Positions 9,698 through 20,375 of a stretch of DNA of 64,000 bases are shown one piece after another. The DNA lies in the NCBI GenBank assembly GCA_050952625.1, contig JBMNLH010000002.1:98990-162989 (forward strand). The letters are read 5' to 3'. This DNA is from Bacillota bacterium (GTDB lineage Bacteria > Bacillota > Ch66 > Ch109). How positions within the stretch are numbered: the stretch's first letter is position 1; each line of letters starts with the position of its first letter. The translations under genes were made by a program, and so were the position numbers. Under the pieces are notes generated by a model that worked only from the letters and a program-made list of their open reading frames with translations, was not told where the DNA came from and did not search any database.

Positions 9698-10174
9698 TTA
9701 CGAATGTCCTACCGCACTAGGGATTGTTAAATACTTCCACATAATGATTGCTTCTTCACCAGTATCTGAATAGTATCCCCGCCGGATTCCCGCCGGAATA
9801 AAACCGAGTTTATTATACAAACGCAACGCTGCTCGGTTTGACGGCCGCACTTCCAGAGTTACTCCCATAGCCTGATACTGTCTAGCCAGACCGATCAGTT
9901 CTTCCAACAGCTTCTCTCCAGCCCCAAGACACCGGTAATCTGGATGAATAGCTATATTAGTGATGTGCCCTTCATCAACGATTAGCCACATCCCCCCATA
10001 GCCAATCAATTTACCTTGCCAGCGAACTATCCGGTAGATAGAAGTCTCATTTTCTAATTCAGCTAAATAAGATTCCCTGGACCAAGGGGTAGGAAAAGAA
10101 ACCTTTTCAATTTCCATGACTTCGTCAAGGTCTTCTTCCACCATTGGCCTAATTTCTAATTGCACCCTCCGCAC
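9698..10174 (-). CDS. rimI: ribosomal protein S18 alanine N-acetyltransferase
   Basis: EGHITNIA, TLEVRPSN..A..LY and RRGYY motifs; located between tsaB and tsaD. Confidence 0.93.
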   Translation of the reverse strand: MRRVQLEIRPMVEEDLDEVMEIEKVSFPTPWSRESYLAELENETSIYRIVRWQGKLIGYGGMWLIVDEGHITNIAIHPDYRCLGAGEKLLEELIGLARQYQAMGVTLEVRPSNRAALRLYNKLGFIPAGIRRGYYSDTGEEAIIMWKYLTIPSAVGHS

Positions 10175-10968
10175 CTTCCCTTCAATTTAAGTTCAGCTTC
10201 AGATGCTCTAACATAAATGGGACGAACAAGTCGATAATCGTCTGCTTGGCCATGCTGCAAGGCTTTCAGGCCTAAGAAAGCAACTTGAGCTGCTCTCAGC
10301 CAGTTCTGCCCGGGTAAGGCCCGATTGGCTTGTTTCCCCAATCCTTGCTGTATTTCCTCCCAATAAACCGGTACCGCATCTCCTAAAAAAGTAATCGGCT
10401 GAACTGCCGGCATGGCGGTTGGCCACCACTGGTTAATCCTTTGGACAATAGATTCATCGCTCCTTGGATAAACCTCTAAACTAGACTCAAGCAAGGGCCA
10501 GGTTCCTGTTTTCACCCAGTCGATCAACCTGGCCGGAGTAACGGCTACATAGTTTGATAGCCGAATTACGCGGTCAGCTGCGGGTGAGATATATAAAGCA
10601 GTATAAACCTCTCCTTTACGAGCATCAAGGATCGGACAAATTACCCCTGATCCAGCCAGGTTTAAAGCTAAGGCATCTAGGGTTGGAATCCCAATGAAGG
10701 CCTTGCCAGTGGCCTGGGCCAGACCTTTGGCGGTGGCCATCCCGATCCGCAATCCAGTAAAAGAGCCTGGTCCGTTCGTCACGGCTATCCCGTCAATATC
10801 CGCTAGGGAAAGCTCAGCTTCTCTCATCCACCAGTCAATCAAAGGAAGCAGGCGCTCCGAATGAGTTCGTCGGGTCTGCAAAAATCCCTCCACCACAACC
10901 CGTTGTTCATCTACTATGGCCATACCGGCCACCAGAGTAGCACTATCTATGCCCAATACTCGCACCAA
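10156..10968 (-). CDS. tsaB: t6A complex subunit TsaB
   Basis: LGIDSAT, HSERLLP, GPGSFTGLRIG and DARKGEVY motifs; start trimmed to TTG after AGAAAGGA. Confidence 0.95.
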   Translation of the reverse strand: MVRVLGIDSATLVAGMAIVDEQRVVVEGFLQTRRTHSERLLPLIDWWMREAELSLADIDGIAVTNGPGSFTGLRIGMATAKGLAQATGKAFIGIPTLDALALNLAGSGVICPILDARKGEVYTALYISPAADRVIRLSNYVAVTPARLIDWVKTGTWPLLESSLEVYPRSDESIVQRINQWWPTAMPAVQPITFLGDAVPVYWEEIQQGLGKQANRALPGQNWLRAAQVAFLGLKALQHGQADDYRLVRPIYVRASEAELKLKGRCGGCN

Positions 10969-10969
10969 A

Positions 10970-11449
10970 TCATCCTTTCTGATTGACCAGTATTCGTTGG
11001 AGCAGCTTATTGCCCATTTCACCGATTCCTTCCAACCGGATACGCCGGGCTTCTTCCGTTCCCGGCCATACTTTTTCCAAAGATATCTTTAAGTAATTAG
11101 CCGGCAATTGATTCTCCAGCTTTTCGGCCCATTCCACGACTGAGGCCCCATCACCATAAAGAAATTCCTCCCACCCTAACTGCTCCAATTCCCAAGAATC
11201 TTCCAGCCGGTAGAGATCCAGGTGGTATAGAATAATCCGGCCTAAATACTGATTGATTAAAGTAAAAGTCGGACTGTCAATCAGTTCCTTTACTCCTAAA
11301 CCTCGGCCAATTCCCTGGGTTAAAACTGTCTTGCCGGTCCCTAGATCACCATATAGACAGATAATATCGCCCGGTTCCAAAACTTCGCCAATAGCCTGTC
11401 CCAAGCTAAAGGTCTCTGCCGACCGCTTTGTCCAGATTTCATAAGCCAA
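10970..11449 (-). CDS. tsaE: t6A complex ATPase TsaE
   Basis: GDLGTGKT, SPTFTL, HLDLYRL and VEW motifs. Confidence 0.96.
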   Translation of the reverse strand: MAYEIWTKRSAETFSLGQAIGEVLEPGDIICLYGDLGTGKTVLTQGIGRGLGVKELIDSPTFTLINQYLGRIILYHLDLYRLEDSWELEQLGWEEFLYGDGASVVEWAEKLENQLPANYLKISLEKVWPGTEEARRIRLEGIGEMGNKLLQRILVNQKG

Positions 11450-11866
11450 TTAAAACACCATCTCTCATCCAACATTAAATTCTTGTAAATGTAATCATAA
11501 CAATTATTAGCCGCCGGCGTCAAAAATCCCTTTTCAATCAAGAACTTTTGCCGTTAACATTTAATATCATCAATTTAATGTTGCCTTTTATTATGTCATC
11601 CGTTTTCCGTCTTACATCTTACGTCTGGATAAAGCTTATCCAAAACTTTGCTTTCTGTATACACTGATAAATTGATTCGCTGAATAAGCTCCTTGTCCTT
11701 CCCTATTTCATTAAATTAGTTAAGATTATATATATTAGATAAGTCAAAGAACCCTGGCTTTTTAATGTTGACAGGTTAGCAAGACAATGTTAATATGGTT
11801 TAGGCACTTTTCTATATTTTTATAAATGTCAATTATTAATAATCTCATAAAAGGAACGATGCAACC

Positions 11867-12322
11867 ATGAAACATCTCGAGCCATATATTAATCGACTAA
11901 AAAACTATGGTTACAAGGTGACACATCAAAGATTAGTTGTCTTGGACTATCTTCAGCACTCTCAGGAACATCCCAGTGCCGAAACAATTTACAATGATCT
12001 AAAAGAAAGATACCCAACCATAAGTTTAGCCACCATTTACAACACTTTGGAAATGCTAACCCGGGTAGGTCTGGTGTTAGATTTGGGGGCACCTGAAGAG
12101 CGCCGACGTTTTGACGGCAATACTAGTGATCACTCTCATTTTTTCTGCACTAATTGCGGAAAAATCGAAGATATGGTTGTGCCTGGAGTGGAAAAAGTAA
12201 TGAACAAAGTAAAACAAGACACCTCTCGTCAAATCGATCGGTGTCGTCTAGACTTCTTTGGTCAATGTGCTGTCTGTCAGTCCGAGAATAATAATCATTC
12301 CGACAAACAACGCCCAGATTAA
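11867..12322 (+). CDS. perR: Fur-family regulator, PerR-like
   Basis: THQR, HPSAE.IY, SLATIYNTL, H.HF.CxxC and C-terminal CxxC; TTGACA-N17-TAATAT upstream. Confidence 0.85.
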   Translation: MKHLEPYINRLKNYGYKVTHQRLVVLDYLQHSQEHPSAETIYNDLKERYPTISLATIYNTLEMLTRVGLVLDLGAPEERRRFDGNTSDHSHFFCTNCGKIEDMVVPGVEKVMNKVKQDTSRQIDRCRLDFFGQCAVCQSENNNHSDKQRPD

Positions 12323-12418
12323 ATCTGGGCTCACTTATTTGTCCGGTTCATTTTATACAGCAATAAGCTAAAGGAGAATATCGTTACGCTTGTCCAATTT
12401 TTCAGGTTTATATCTGGG

Positions 12419-12613
12419 TTAATTAAGCCATTTACTAGAACTTACACCGGTATTTTGCAGATTGTATAATGGAATGTGCAACAACTGCTCAGGGTCGATC
12501 ATCGCCAGGATTACCATAGTTTCATCACTATCCGCTTTTTGATAAAAACCAACCACACAGAATAAAACTACCTGCTCTTCTAACTGAAGCCCAACAATAT
12601 CTCCTCTTTCCAT
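12419..12613 (-). CDS. hypothetical protein (64 aa)
   Basis: ORF with a GGAGGAG RBS. Confidence 0.65.
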   Translation of the reverse strand: MERGDIVGLQLEEQVVLFCVVGFYQKADSDETMVILAMIDPEQLLHIPLYNLQNTGVSSSKWLN

Positions 12614-12675
12614 GCAGCTCCCTCCCTTGGATGCTTTAGCATATGCGTTCAGTTATGTTCAGGTTACTCAAGAGG

Positions 12676-13833
12676 TTATGGCCAGACCAAGTTGCCATTA
12701 ACCAATACCATCTCAACCCGGGAACGAACATCCAGGATTGAACCGGAAAGTATGAGGAGATCCGCGTCTTTACCGGGGGCTAAACTGCCTACTCTTTCCG
12801 ATACGCCCAAAATTTCAGCCGGATTAATGGTCACTGCTTTCAGGGCATCTGTCTCAGACATCCCCTCTTTAACGGCTAAGGCAGCACACAAGGAAAGGTA
12901 TTCAATCGGGATAACCGGGTGGTCCGTCATCAAGGCGACTTTGATCCCGGCTCGCGCCAGAATACCCGGGGTTTGAAACGTCTTATCTTTCAACTCTACC
13001 TTGGACCGGCTGCTCAGACTGGGCCCGACAACGACCGGCACTTTCCGACGCAATAATTCTTCTACGATTTTATGGGCCTCGGTGCCGTGTTCAATCACCA
13101 TATCAAGACCAAATTCTTCACCAATCCGCAAAGCAGTCATAATATCATCCGCCCGATGGGCATGCACCTTGACCGGAACATCCTGATTTAAAGCCCGTAA
13201 CACTGCTTCCAGCTTCAAATCCCGTTCCGGCACCTCATCCGGCTTTTGGCTTAGGTGTTTTAGCTTATCTCGGTAATTCTGGGCCGCGACCAGGGTCTGC
13301 CGTAATAAAGCCGCTGTTGCCATACGGGTCATGGGCATCTTTTGTTTCTGACCATAACACTTTTTGGGGTTTTCACCCAGAGCTACCTTCAGTCCGGCTG
13401 GCTGCCGAAACACCATCTCGTCAACGGTTCGACCCCAGGTTTTCATAACAACCGTTTCACCACCGATCACGTTACCGCTGCCGGGACCGGTTCCGACTGT
13501 CGTCACGCCACCCCTAATCGCATCCCGAAAAGCTAAATCTTCCGGATTTATCGCGTCTAGGGCGCGTAAATGAGGAGTAATCGGATCACTAAACTCATTT
13601 AGATCGTCTCCCTCCTCTTGATAAATTTCCTCGCAAATTCCGATATGACTATGGGCCTCAATCAGACCGGGCATTACCACCCGACCTTCCACCGGGTATA
13701 CCTCTGCCTCTGCCGGTATTGCCAGATGTTCCCCCACCGCCAAGATAATTCCGTCCTTAATCAGCACTATTCCCGGATCATAGACCGGCCCAGCCATGGT
13801 TAGTACCTTTCCTCCGATCAATGCCCTGATCAT
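12676..13833 (-). CDS. amidohydrolase family protein
   Basis: PGLIEAHSH, HAHRADD, TDHP and GSLAPGKDAD motifs; start trimmed to MIRALIGG. Confidence 0.9.
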   Translation of the reverse strand: MIRALIGGKVLTMAGPVYDPGIVLIKDGIILAVGEHLAIPAEAEVYPVEGRVVMPGLIEAHSHIGICEEIYQEEGDDLNEFSDPITPHLRALDAINPEDLAFRDAIRGGVTTVGTGPGSGNVIGGETVVMKTWGRTVDEMVFRQPAGLKVALGENPKKCYGQKQKMPMTRMATAALLRQTLVAAQNYRDKLKHLSQKPDEVPERDLKLEAVLRALNQDVPVKVHAHRADDIMTALRIGEEFGLDMVIEHGTEAHKIVEELLRRKVPVVVGPSLSSRSKVELKDKTFQTPGILARAGIKVALMTDHPVIPIEYLSLCAALAVKEGMSETDALKAVTINPAEILGVSERVGSLAPGKDADLLILSGSILDVRSRVEMVLVNGNLVWP

Positions 13834-13852
13834 TTCTACCCTTTTACCCCTT

Positions 13853-14593
13853 TCACTCTCTGGACTTTGCAGCCGCCTCAATCAGTGTCCGAAACAACCC
13901 CAAAAAACGGGCATCCCTCTGCCAAAGATCCTCTGGATGCCACTGCACGCCAATAATAAAATGTTCCCCCTCCGCTTCGATGGCCTCTATGACGCCGTCC
14001 GGTGCCCAGGCGGAAACGATAAACCCCGCGGCCGCCTGCCGGACCGCCTGGTGGTGCAGGCTGTTAACCCGAAAGGATAAAGGTGCAGAAGAGACTAAAT
14101 TTGCTTCCAGGTCTAAGGCCTGGGCCAATCGACTCCCGGGAACTGCTTCAACTGAATGAAACGGATAATTGCGGGGTGCGTTTTGCCGGTGGTTAATTAC
14201 CCCAGCCCGCTGGCTGGCCAGATCTTGATAAAGATCGCCGCCGGCAGCGGCGTTGATCATTTGCATTCCTCGGCAAATGCCGAGCAAAGGGATTTTCTGT
14301 TGCAGAGCCAATCGGATTAAGTCAAGTTCCAAACGATCACGTTCATAACAAACTTCCCCCAAAGCTGGATGGGGTAATTCCCCTAAAAAAAAGGGATCAA
14401 TATCCCCGCCACCTGAAAGAATTAATCCATCGACAATATTTAAATAATCTGCTGCTGGTACTAACTCGGGAACTATCGGAATCAGGACCGGGAGCCCGCC
14501 GGCTGCGGCCACCGGCCTGATATAGGCCTGACGAAGATAATTATAATCTTCCTTAAAGTTAAACGCACAGGTTATCCCAATCCGCGGCAACAA
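13853..14593 (-). CDS. gamma-glutamyl-GABA hydrolase family (peptidase C26)
   Basis: GLILSGG.D, GICRGMQ, VNSLHHQA and GVQWHPE motifs. Confidence 0.92.
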   Translation of the reverse strand: MLPRIGITCAFNFKEDYNYLRQAYIRPVAAAGGLPVLIPIVPELVPAADYLNIVDGLILSGGGDIDPFFLGELPHPALGEVCYERDRLELDLIRLALQQKIPLLGICRGMQMINAAAGGDLYQDLASQRAGVINHRQNAPRNYPFHSVEAVPGSRLAQALDLEANLVSSAPLSFRVNSLHHQAVRQAAAGFIVSAWAPDGVIEAIEAEGEHFIIGVQWHPEDLWQRDARFLGLFRTLIEAAAKSRE

Positions 14594-14610
14594 ACCACCC
14601 CCGGGATACG

Positions 14611-14629
14611 GGGACAGGGTTACTGTCCC
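14611..14629. repeat. REP-like palindrome GGGACAG-N5-CTGTCCC
   Basis: Direct inspection. Confidence 0.7.
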
Positions 14630-14814
14630 GATTTTTCAATTATCTTAGTCTGATTTTGACCTTTTAGGTTTGTTTATTAACTGCCATACCGGTCAGGCAT
14701 GACATTGCCAGCGTATTTTCTTACAAATATAAAAAACAACTTTATAAAAAAACAGCTAGGATATATTTCGCCAATGACTGTCTATAGCCAAATTTTCGTA
14801 TGGATAATGTTCCT

Positions 14815-15165
14815 CTAAATATTAACTAAGCCCAAACTTATCTCCAGAGCCTGGTTTACTTTGAGCAAGCTCTCTTCGTCCAGGAGGGCCACTTTATGCT
14901 TCAACCGTTTTTTGTCAATGGTCCGCACCTGTTCCGCTAAAATTACAGAATCCCGCTCTAAGCCGCTCTTATCTGCCTTAATTTCTACGTGCGTTGGCAA
15001 TTTGCCCTTACTTATCTGCGAAGTAATGGCGACCACAATTGTTGTTGGGCTGTATTGATTGCCGATATCATTTTGGACTACTAGAACCGGTCTAGTCCCG
15101 CCTTGTTCCGAACCGATAACTGGACTCAACTCGGCGTAATAGATCTCGCCTCGTTTTACCGACAT
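14815..15165 (-). CDS. ndoA: MazF/PemK toxin endoribonuclease (EndoA)
   Basis: [25 protein letters not shown] motif; located downstream of alr. Confidence 0.96.
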   Translation of the reverse strand: MSVKRGEIYYAELSPVIGSEQGGTRPVLVVQNDIGNQYSPTTIVVAITSQISKGKLPTHVEIKADKSGLERDSVILAEQVRTIDKKRLKHKVALLDEESLLKVNQALEISLGLVNI

Positions 15166-15171
15166 ATTTGC

Positions 15172-15441
15172 TCACTCCGCTAGCTTTATCTCCGAGGACC
15201 AACTCAGTTCCGAATCTGCTGCCACATCCTCCAAGGCTAACCTAAGATTAATCTGGGCCATCTCCAGATAACCACGTTTCATTTGTTCTCTAAGGATTCG
15301 CCTCTTTCGCTCCGTTAAATATAAGAGCATAGCTTCACGAATCAACTCACTGCGATTACTTTTTTCCTGAGACAAAATTCCGTCAATCTCTGCCAGAAGA
15401 TTTTCCGGGATGGTTATCATTATCCGTTTTAACACTGGCAA
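15172..15441 (-). CDS. ndoAI: CopG/RHH antitoxin EndoAI
   Basis: NRSELIREAM..Y and MKRGYLEMA.INL.LA motifs; TTG start after GGAGGTG. Confidence 0.92.
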   Translation of the reverse strand: MPVLKRIMITIPENLLAEIDGILSQEKSNRSELIREAMLLYLTERKRRILREQMKRGYLEMAQINLRLALEDVAADSELSWSSEIKLAE

Positions 15442-15475
15442 AAGAGGCACCTCCCAAGGTAATAGTCTAAGGATA

Positions 15476-16600
15476 TTATGGCTGCAAGAATATTTTTGGC
15501 AGTCTCGACCCAATCCGGGTGACAATCTCATAATTAATGGTTCCGGTCTTTTCCCCAATCTCTTCAGCGGTAATAGTCTGATTACCCTGTCGCCCCAGGA
15601 TAACTACCTCATCACCAACCTGAACCCCGGGAATATGACCAACATCCACCATAAACTGATCCATCGTTATTATTCCGACAACTGGAGCTCGCTGACCGTG
15701 AACCAGAACCTCTCCTCGATTAGATAAAACACGGGGATAACCGTCAGCATAACCCAAAGCCAAACTGGCGATTCGGGTAGGTCCGGAGGTAATGTAGGTT
15801 CGACCATAACTAATCGCGGTTTCCCCCAAAACCTCTTTGACCTGGGTTATCCGAGCCTTAAGTGACAAAGCGGGCCGCAAAGCAACCCGATCCTTCTGTA
15901 CTTCATCTGAAGGATAAAGACCATAAATCGAGATCCCAGGCCGCACCAGGTCCAAATGGCTTTCCGGCAAATCAATCACTGCGGCACTATTAGCGATATG
16001 ATGAATCGGAATTATTAGACCTTCCGCCTCTAATTGCTTTACCACTCGATTAAACCGGGTGAGTTGTTCTTGAGCATATTCTTTATCACTGGCGTCAGCA
16101 GTCGAAAAATGGGAAAAGATACCCTCAATCTCCAGCCCTGGCAAATCTCGAATACGCAGAATCTCTCTTATAGATTCCTCTTCTATCCTAAAACCTATAC
16201 GTCCCATGCCCGTATCAATTTTTAGATGAATTCGAGCCGGTTTACCCAACCGCTGCGCCGCTTGAGACAAAGCTTGAGCTAGGGAGAAACTAAAAACAGT
16301 CTGTCGGATATTCGATTCAACGATCGCTTCCGCCTGTTCCTCCGGAACGTAGCCCAGAATTAGGATTGGAGCAGTTATGCCACTCTTTCTCAGGACTAAA
16401 GCTTCATCAAGCAGGGCAACTCCAAGCCAATTAGCCCCGTTAGCCAGGGCCGTTTGGCTGATCTCCACAGCCCCGTGACCATAGGCATTGGCTTTGACTA
16501 CGGCCATAAAACTGGCTTTTGGTTGAACTAGTCGACGTAGTTCCTGGACGTTATGCGCGATAGCCCCCAGGTCAATTTCGGTCCAGGCCACCCTTCGCAT
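15476..16600 (-). CDS. alr: alanine racemase
   Basis: AVVKANAYGHG, HLKIDTGMGRIG and GYADG motifs. Confidence 0.98.
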   Translation of the reverse strand: MRRVAWTEIDLGAIAHNVQELRRLVQPKASFMAVVKANAYGHGAVEISQTALANGANWLGVALLDEALVLRKSGITAPILILGYVPEEQAEAIVESNIRQTVFSFSLAQALSQAAQRLGKPARIHLKIDTGMGRIGFRIEEESIREILRIRDLPGLEIEGIFSHFSTADASDKEYAQEQLTRFNRVVKQLEAEGLIIPIHHIANSAAVIDLPESHLDLVRPGISIYGLYPSDEVQKDRVALRPALSLKARITQVKEVLGETAISYGRTYITSGPTRIASLALGYADGYPRVLSNRGEVLVHGQRAPVVGIITMDQFMVDVGHIPGVQVGDEVVILGRQGNQTITAEEIGEKTGTINYEIVTRIGSRLPKIFLQP

Positions 16601-16606
16601 TATCTA

Positions 16607-17056
16607 TCACCTTTCTAAAAGTGAGCGTACAATATCCGCTCGTGTAATTATGCCAACCAGTTTTTTATGTCTTAGAACCGGTACTCGATTTATTTTCTTT
16701 TTGACCATCAAAGTGGCAATTTCGCCTACCGGCGTGTCTTCCTGAACACTGATTACCTCCCGGGTCATCAGGTCTTCCACCTGAACCGCGGTGACTTTTC
16801 TTAATTCTTCCTCAAAACGATTAGGGTTTTCCAAATAAATAAAACCACCCAGCAGAGATAAAACTGGCGGGGTTTTTAGACTAATTTCCTTGGTTATTAG
16901 ATCTCCCTCAGTAACAATTCCGATCACTTCATTATCTTTGGAAACTACCGGCACCCCGCTAATTCGGTGGTCCAACAGGACCTTAGCCACTTCAGGCACG
17001 GTCATGTTTGGGGAGACCGTAACCACCTGGCGAGTCATAATATCTCTTGCGAGCAA
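16607..17056 (-). CDS. CBS-pair domain protein
   Basis: Two CBS repeats (ISGVPVV, GIVTEGD; INRVPV, GIITRAD). Confidence 0.92.
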   Translation of the reverse strand: MLARDIMTRQVVTVSPNMTVPEVAKVLLDHRISGVPVVSKDNEVIGIVTEGDLITKEISLKTPPVLSLLGGFIYLENPNRFEEELRKVTAVQVEDLMTREVISVQEDTPVGEIATLMVKKKINRVPVLRHKKLVGIITRADIVRSLLER

Positions 17057-17106
17057 GGCATCCCCACCTCCTCTGGGTTATGTTCAGAGCAATGACACTA
17101 GGCTGA

Positions 17107-18726
17107 TTAACGTTTTAGTCTGCCACCAATTGCTTTCAATCCTGGATTGACCGAAACCGGTAATTTCTCTGCTTCCTCTTCCCATTCCCTTAAAACCGCC
17201 GGCAGTTGTTTGATCAGGTCACCAGCAATCAAGCCGCGCATTCCCGTTTGCTGGCAGACTCGATCACCAGTCGCCCCATGGAGGTAAACTCCGAGTCCGG
17301 CTGCTTCCACAATTGATAGTCCCTGAGCAATAAACCCGGCAATAATCCCGGTTAGCACATCACCAGTGCCGCCGGTAGCCATGCCCGGGTTACCGGTCGG
17401 ATTAATAAAAACTTGACCTTCCGGTGTCGCCACTATGGTTCTATTTCCTTTTAAAACTACAACCGCTTTCCATTCAATAGCTGCCTTTTGAGCTACCTCA
17501 AGCCGGTTTTCCTGAATTTCTTCTATCGTTACTCCCAGCAGCCGGGACATTTCTCCCGGGTGAGGAGTCAAAACCAGTCGATTTCGAGCCACCTTTAATA
17601 TGGAAATATCCTCAGCCACCGCATTCAACCCATCAGCATCAATGACAACCGGTACGGAAACCATTTTTAACAGTTCTTGAATAAACTCTCTGGCTTCAGG
17701 ATAACGAGACATTCCCGGACCAACGGCCACCACCGATATCCGCTGAAACAGACTTTCAAGAGCCAATAAACTATCCAGTGCCAACGTCCGGGCCGCTGTC
17801 TCTGGTAAAGGCCGGCTCATTACCTCAGTCAGTTTGGTCTCGATAATCGGATTCAGAGATGCGGGAATTCCCACCGTCACTAAACCGGCTCCGCTGCGCA
17901 GAGCCGCTTCGCCGGCTAAAACGACCGCTCCAGTGAGGCCTTCTGATCCCCCCAGGACCAAAACATGTCCGTAATCACCTTTGTGTCCAGCAGCTTGACG
18001 TTTGCCTATTTTCTGCACGCACCACTGGCGATCCAGCAAAGTGCGAGAAAGGTTTTGCGCTTCAATCAGTCCTGGCGGGATTGAAATGTCCACCACTCTC
18101 AACTCCCCGACAAATTCCGTCCCGGGTTCGATGACCAGGCCTACTTTAGGTAAACCTAAAGTCACTGTACAAATAGCTCGAATCGCTTCACCAGGTACCC
18201 GCCCGGTGTCGGCTTCCAAACCAGAAGGGACATCTAAGGCGATGACCGGTCGGCCTTGGCTATTGATCGAACGAATAACCTTGGCGATCAGTGGTGGGAC
18301 TGAACCTTTAAAACCGGTCCCATAGATCGCGTCAACTACTAGATCTGTAGATAAAATAGCCACCCGCAGCGCATTCAGATCTTTATCATCCAGCAAAGGG
18401 AGAATCGGAACCGGCAAATGGCGTAAAATATCCAAATTAACCCGAGCATCTCCCTTTATTTCTTCAGTGCGGGCCAATAACATGACTTTAACTTCCGCTC
18501 CGGCATTAGCCAGGTGCCGAGCGACGACCAGTCCATCTCCTCCATTATTCCCCTTACCCGCCAAAATTAGAACCCTACGGCCAATTAACCGATTGTCCAG
18601 GTAATGCGTAATGACCCGGGTTACCTGAATACCAGCGTTCTCCATGAGGAGAAGCCCCGGTATCTGATACTCCGAAGAGGCGATGCCATCAATCACTCGC
18701 ATCTCCTCAGCGGTTACCAGTCTCAT
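17107..18726 (-). CDS. nnr: bifunctional NAD(P)HX epimerase/dehydratase
   Basis: GKGNNGGDG, DVPSG, HKGDYG, TPHPGE and GGTGDVL motifs. Confidence 0.95.
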   Translation of the reverse strand: MRLVTAEEMRVIDGIASSEYQIPGLLLMENAGIQVTRVITHYLDNRLIGRRVLILAGKGNNGGDGLVVARHLANAGAEVKVMLLARTEEIKGDARVNLDILRHLPVPILPLLDDKDLNALRVAILSTDLVVDAIYGTGFKGSVPPLIAKVIRSINSQGRPVIALDVPSGLEADTGRVPGEAIRAICTVTLGLPKVGLVIEPGTEFVGELRVVDISIPPGLIEAQNLSRTLLDRQWCVQKIGKRQAAGHKGDYGHVLVLGGSEGLTGAVVLAGEAALRSGAGLVTVGIPASLNPIIETKLTEVMSRPLPETAARTLALDSLLALESLFQRISVVAVGPGMSRYPEAREFIQELLKMVSVPVVIDADGLNAVAEDISILKVARNRLVLTPHPGEMSRLLGVTIEEIQENRLEVAQKAAIEWKAVVVLKGNRTIVATPEGQVFINPTGNPGMATGGTGDVLTGIIAGFIAQGLSIVEAAGLGVYLHGATGDRVCQQTGMRGLIAGDLIKQLPAVLREWEEEAEKLPVSVNPGLKAIGGRLKR

Positions 18727-19121
18727 CCCCCCACCCCCACTTGCGACAGGCTAATTCCCATGGCGATCGCCACTGCTGCTGCATACTGCCGGCTATGGGT
18801 AAGACTGACCTTTATTTCTTGTACGCCGATTTCAACTGCCTTTTGTGCAGCCTGACCGGTTAAGTGTATTTCCGGTCCTCCGGCCGGACCGGAAACAACT
18901 TCAACTGATGACCAACCGAGCTCGCAACCAGATCCCAAGGCTTTAAAAACCGCCTCTTTGGCGGCAAACCTGGCCGCAAATGAGGCAGCTGGTACCGGTT
19001 TGCTCAGACATTCGCTAATCTCTTGGTTAGTGAAAAGACGTTGCTGAAACCGCGCAGTTCTGGCTAGGGCCTTTTCCACTCGTTCAATTTCGATAATATC
19101 GATCCCTATTCCCATAACCAT
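18723..19121 (-). CDS. acpS: holo-ACP synthase
   Basis: GIGIDIIEI, ARFAAKEA.FKA and SLTH motifs; start trimmed to ATG 19121. Confidence 0.95.
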   Translation of the reverse strand: MVMGIGIDIIEIERVEKALARTARFQQRLFTNQEISECLSKPVPAASFAARFAAKEAVFKALGSGCELGWSSVEVVSGPAGGPEIHLTGQAAQKAVEIGVQEIKVSLTHSRQYAAAVAIAMGISLSQVGVGG

Positions 19122-19290
19122 CGCTTGATACCTCTTTGAAGCTATTATGCCCTTTATTGACTTCTCCAAAAAACAGAAAAAACCTGCTGCCTGTCAAAGA
19201 CGAGAATGGGTATTTTCTACCAGTAAAACAACGGGCGCGACTGATAATCACAGTCCCGCCAAATTAGCCTAATCACAATATATTATAAAT

Positions 19291-19770
19291 TTATCCCGGT
19301 AAGACCACATTATCCAGTTGCCTGGTCTCCTGTTCAGTTAAGATTTTCTGTAGATCAAGAAGGACCAGGAGGCGGTCGCCTAGTTTACCGACACCCCGCA
19401 GATATTCTGCCGTTATTCCGCCAATTATGGTAGGCGGCGGTTCAATGTCACTTAATGAAAGACGCAGCACCTCATTTACCTCATCAACAATAATTCCCAA
19501 CGTATGGCCATTAATATCTATCACAATAATTCTCGTATTATCTGTATAGTCTTCCACTTCCATATCAAATCGTTTCTTAAGGTCAATCACTGAAATAACC
19601 TTACCCCGAAGATTAATAACCCCTTCCATAAAACTTGGCGACTTAGGCAGTTTTGTCGGCTGAGTAAATCTAATAATTTCCTGGACTTGGGTTATCGGCA
19701 CTCCGTATTCGCTATGATTGCTACCATTCATTAAAGTGAAAACGACTAATTGAATTTCGTGTGTACTCAT
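19291..19770 (-). CDS. cheW: chemotaxis adaptor CheW
   Basis: VQEI, GVINLRG and GIIVDEV motifs. Confidence 0.94.
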   Translation of the reverse strand: MSTHEIQLVVFTLMNGSNHSEYGVPITQVQEIIRFTQPTKLPKSPSFMEGVINLRGKVISVIDLKKRFDMEVEDYTDNTRIIVIDINGHTLGIIVDEVNEVLRLSLSDIEPPPTIIGGITAEYLRGVGKLGDRLLVLLDLQKILTEQETRQLDNVVLPG

Positions 19771-19871
19771 TCATAGCACCTCATTTCTAAAGTAACCGCC
19801 GGCACCGCTAGGCAGCACTCTCATAAAGGCAAAGAAACCGGCGCAGTGTTTAAACATACCTAAGATAGTAC

Positions 19872-19908
19872 ATTCTACGCGTAGAAATATTTTCCTGCTT
19901 TTGTCGAA
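19872..19908 (-). promoter_or_regulatory. sigma-H-type promoter of cheW with an adjacent 0A box
   Basis: GCAGGA-N17-GAAT on minus; TGTCGAA at 19902-19908. Confidence 0.55.
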
Positions 19909-20375
19909 AACCATTTTTTCATTCTCCTTATTTTGATCGGTTATTTGTTCTATTGAATCAATTCCTGTGTTATAATATTACCAGTCATTGTTAATTAGTC
20001 CCAGCAATTCATCCACCTCAAAAAATCAGGTGTCAATGACGTATTAATTTAGTATAATCAAACTGGACATTAGGCGCGCAAAATTTTCACTAAATAACAA
20101 AAACTTACTAACCGCCCATGCCTGTAGGCACAACCACCAATGAAAATAACCCAAACAACAATAAACGCGTTATATACTCGCTAACTGATTCGCTACGCAA
20201 TAACTAAATATCTTATCAGCCAATTCTTATCTTATTACTTTTTAGCAAGTTATTACGTTATACTTTTGAACAACGTGTTAATGACTAAAGCACTGATTTA
20301 GATACAAACCTACTAGGCATTACTGTACCAATTCGTTGGAATGCTAATGATTGGTTAAATTAAGGAGGGATATTT

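Noticed and set aside
10395-10515. Apparent ~40-aa insertion in TsaB
   Set aside because: It lies in a variable region and has no intein or recognisable domain motifs.
14815-15441. MazEF-type TA pair as a mobile or defence island
   Set aside because: alr-ndoAI-ndoA is the standard chromosomal arrangement in Firmicutes.
19826-19845. GGCAAA...GGCGCA resembling a c-di-GMP-I riboswitch near cheW
   Set aside because: It is on the wrong strand for cheW and lacks the GNRA-capped P2 and receptor stem.
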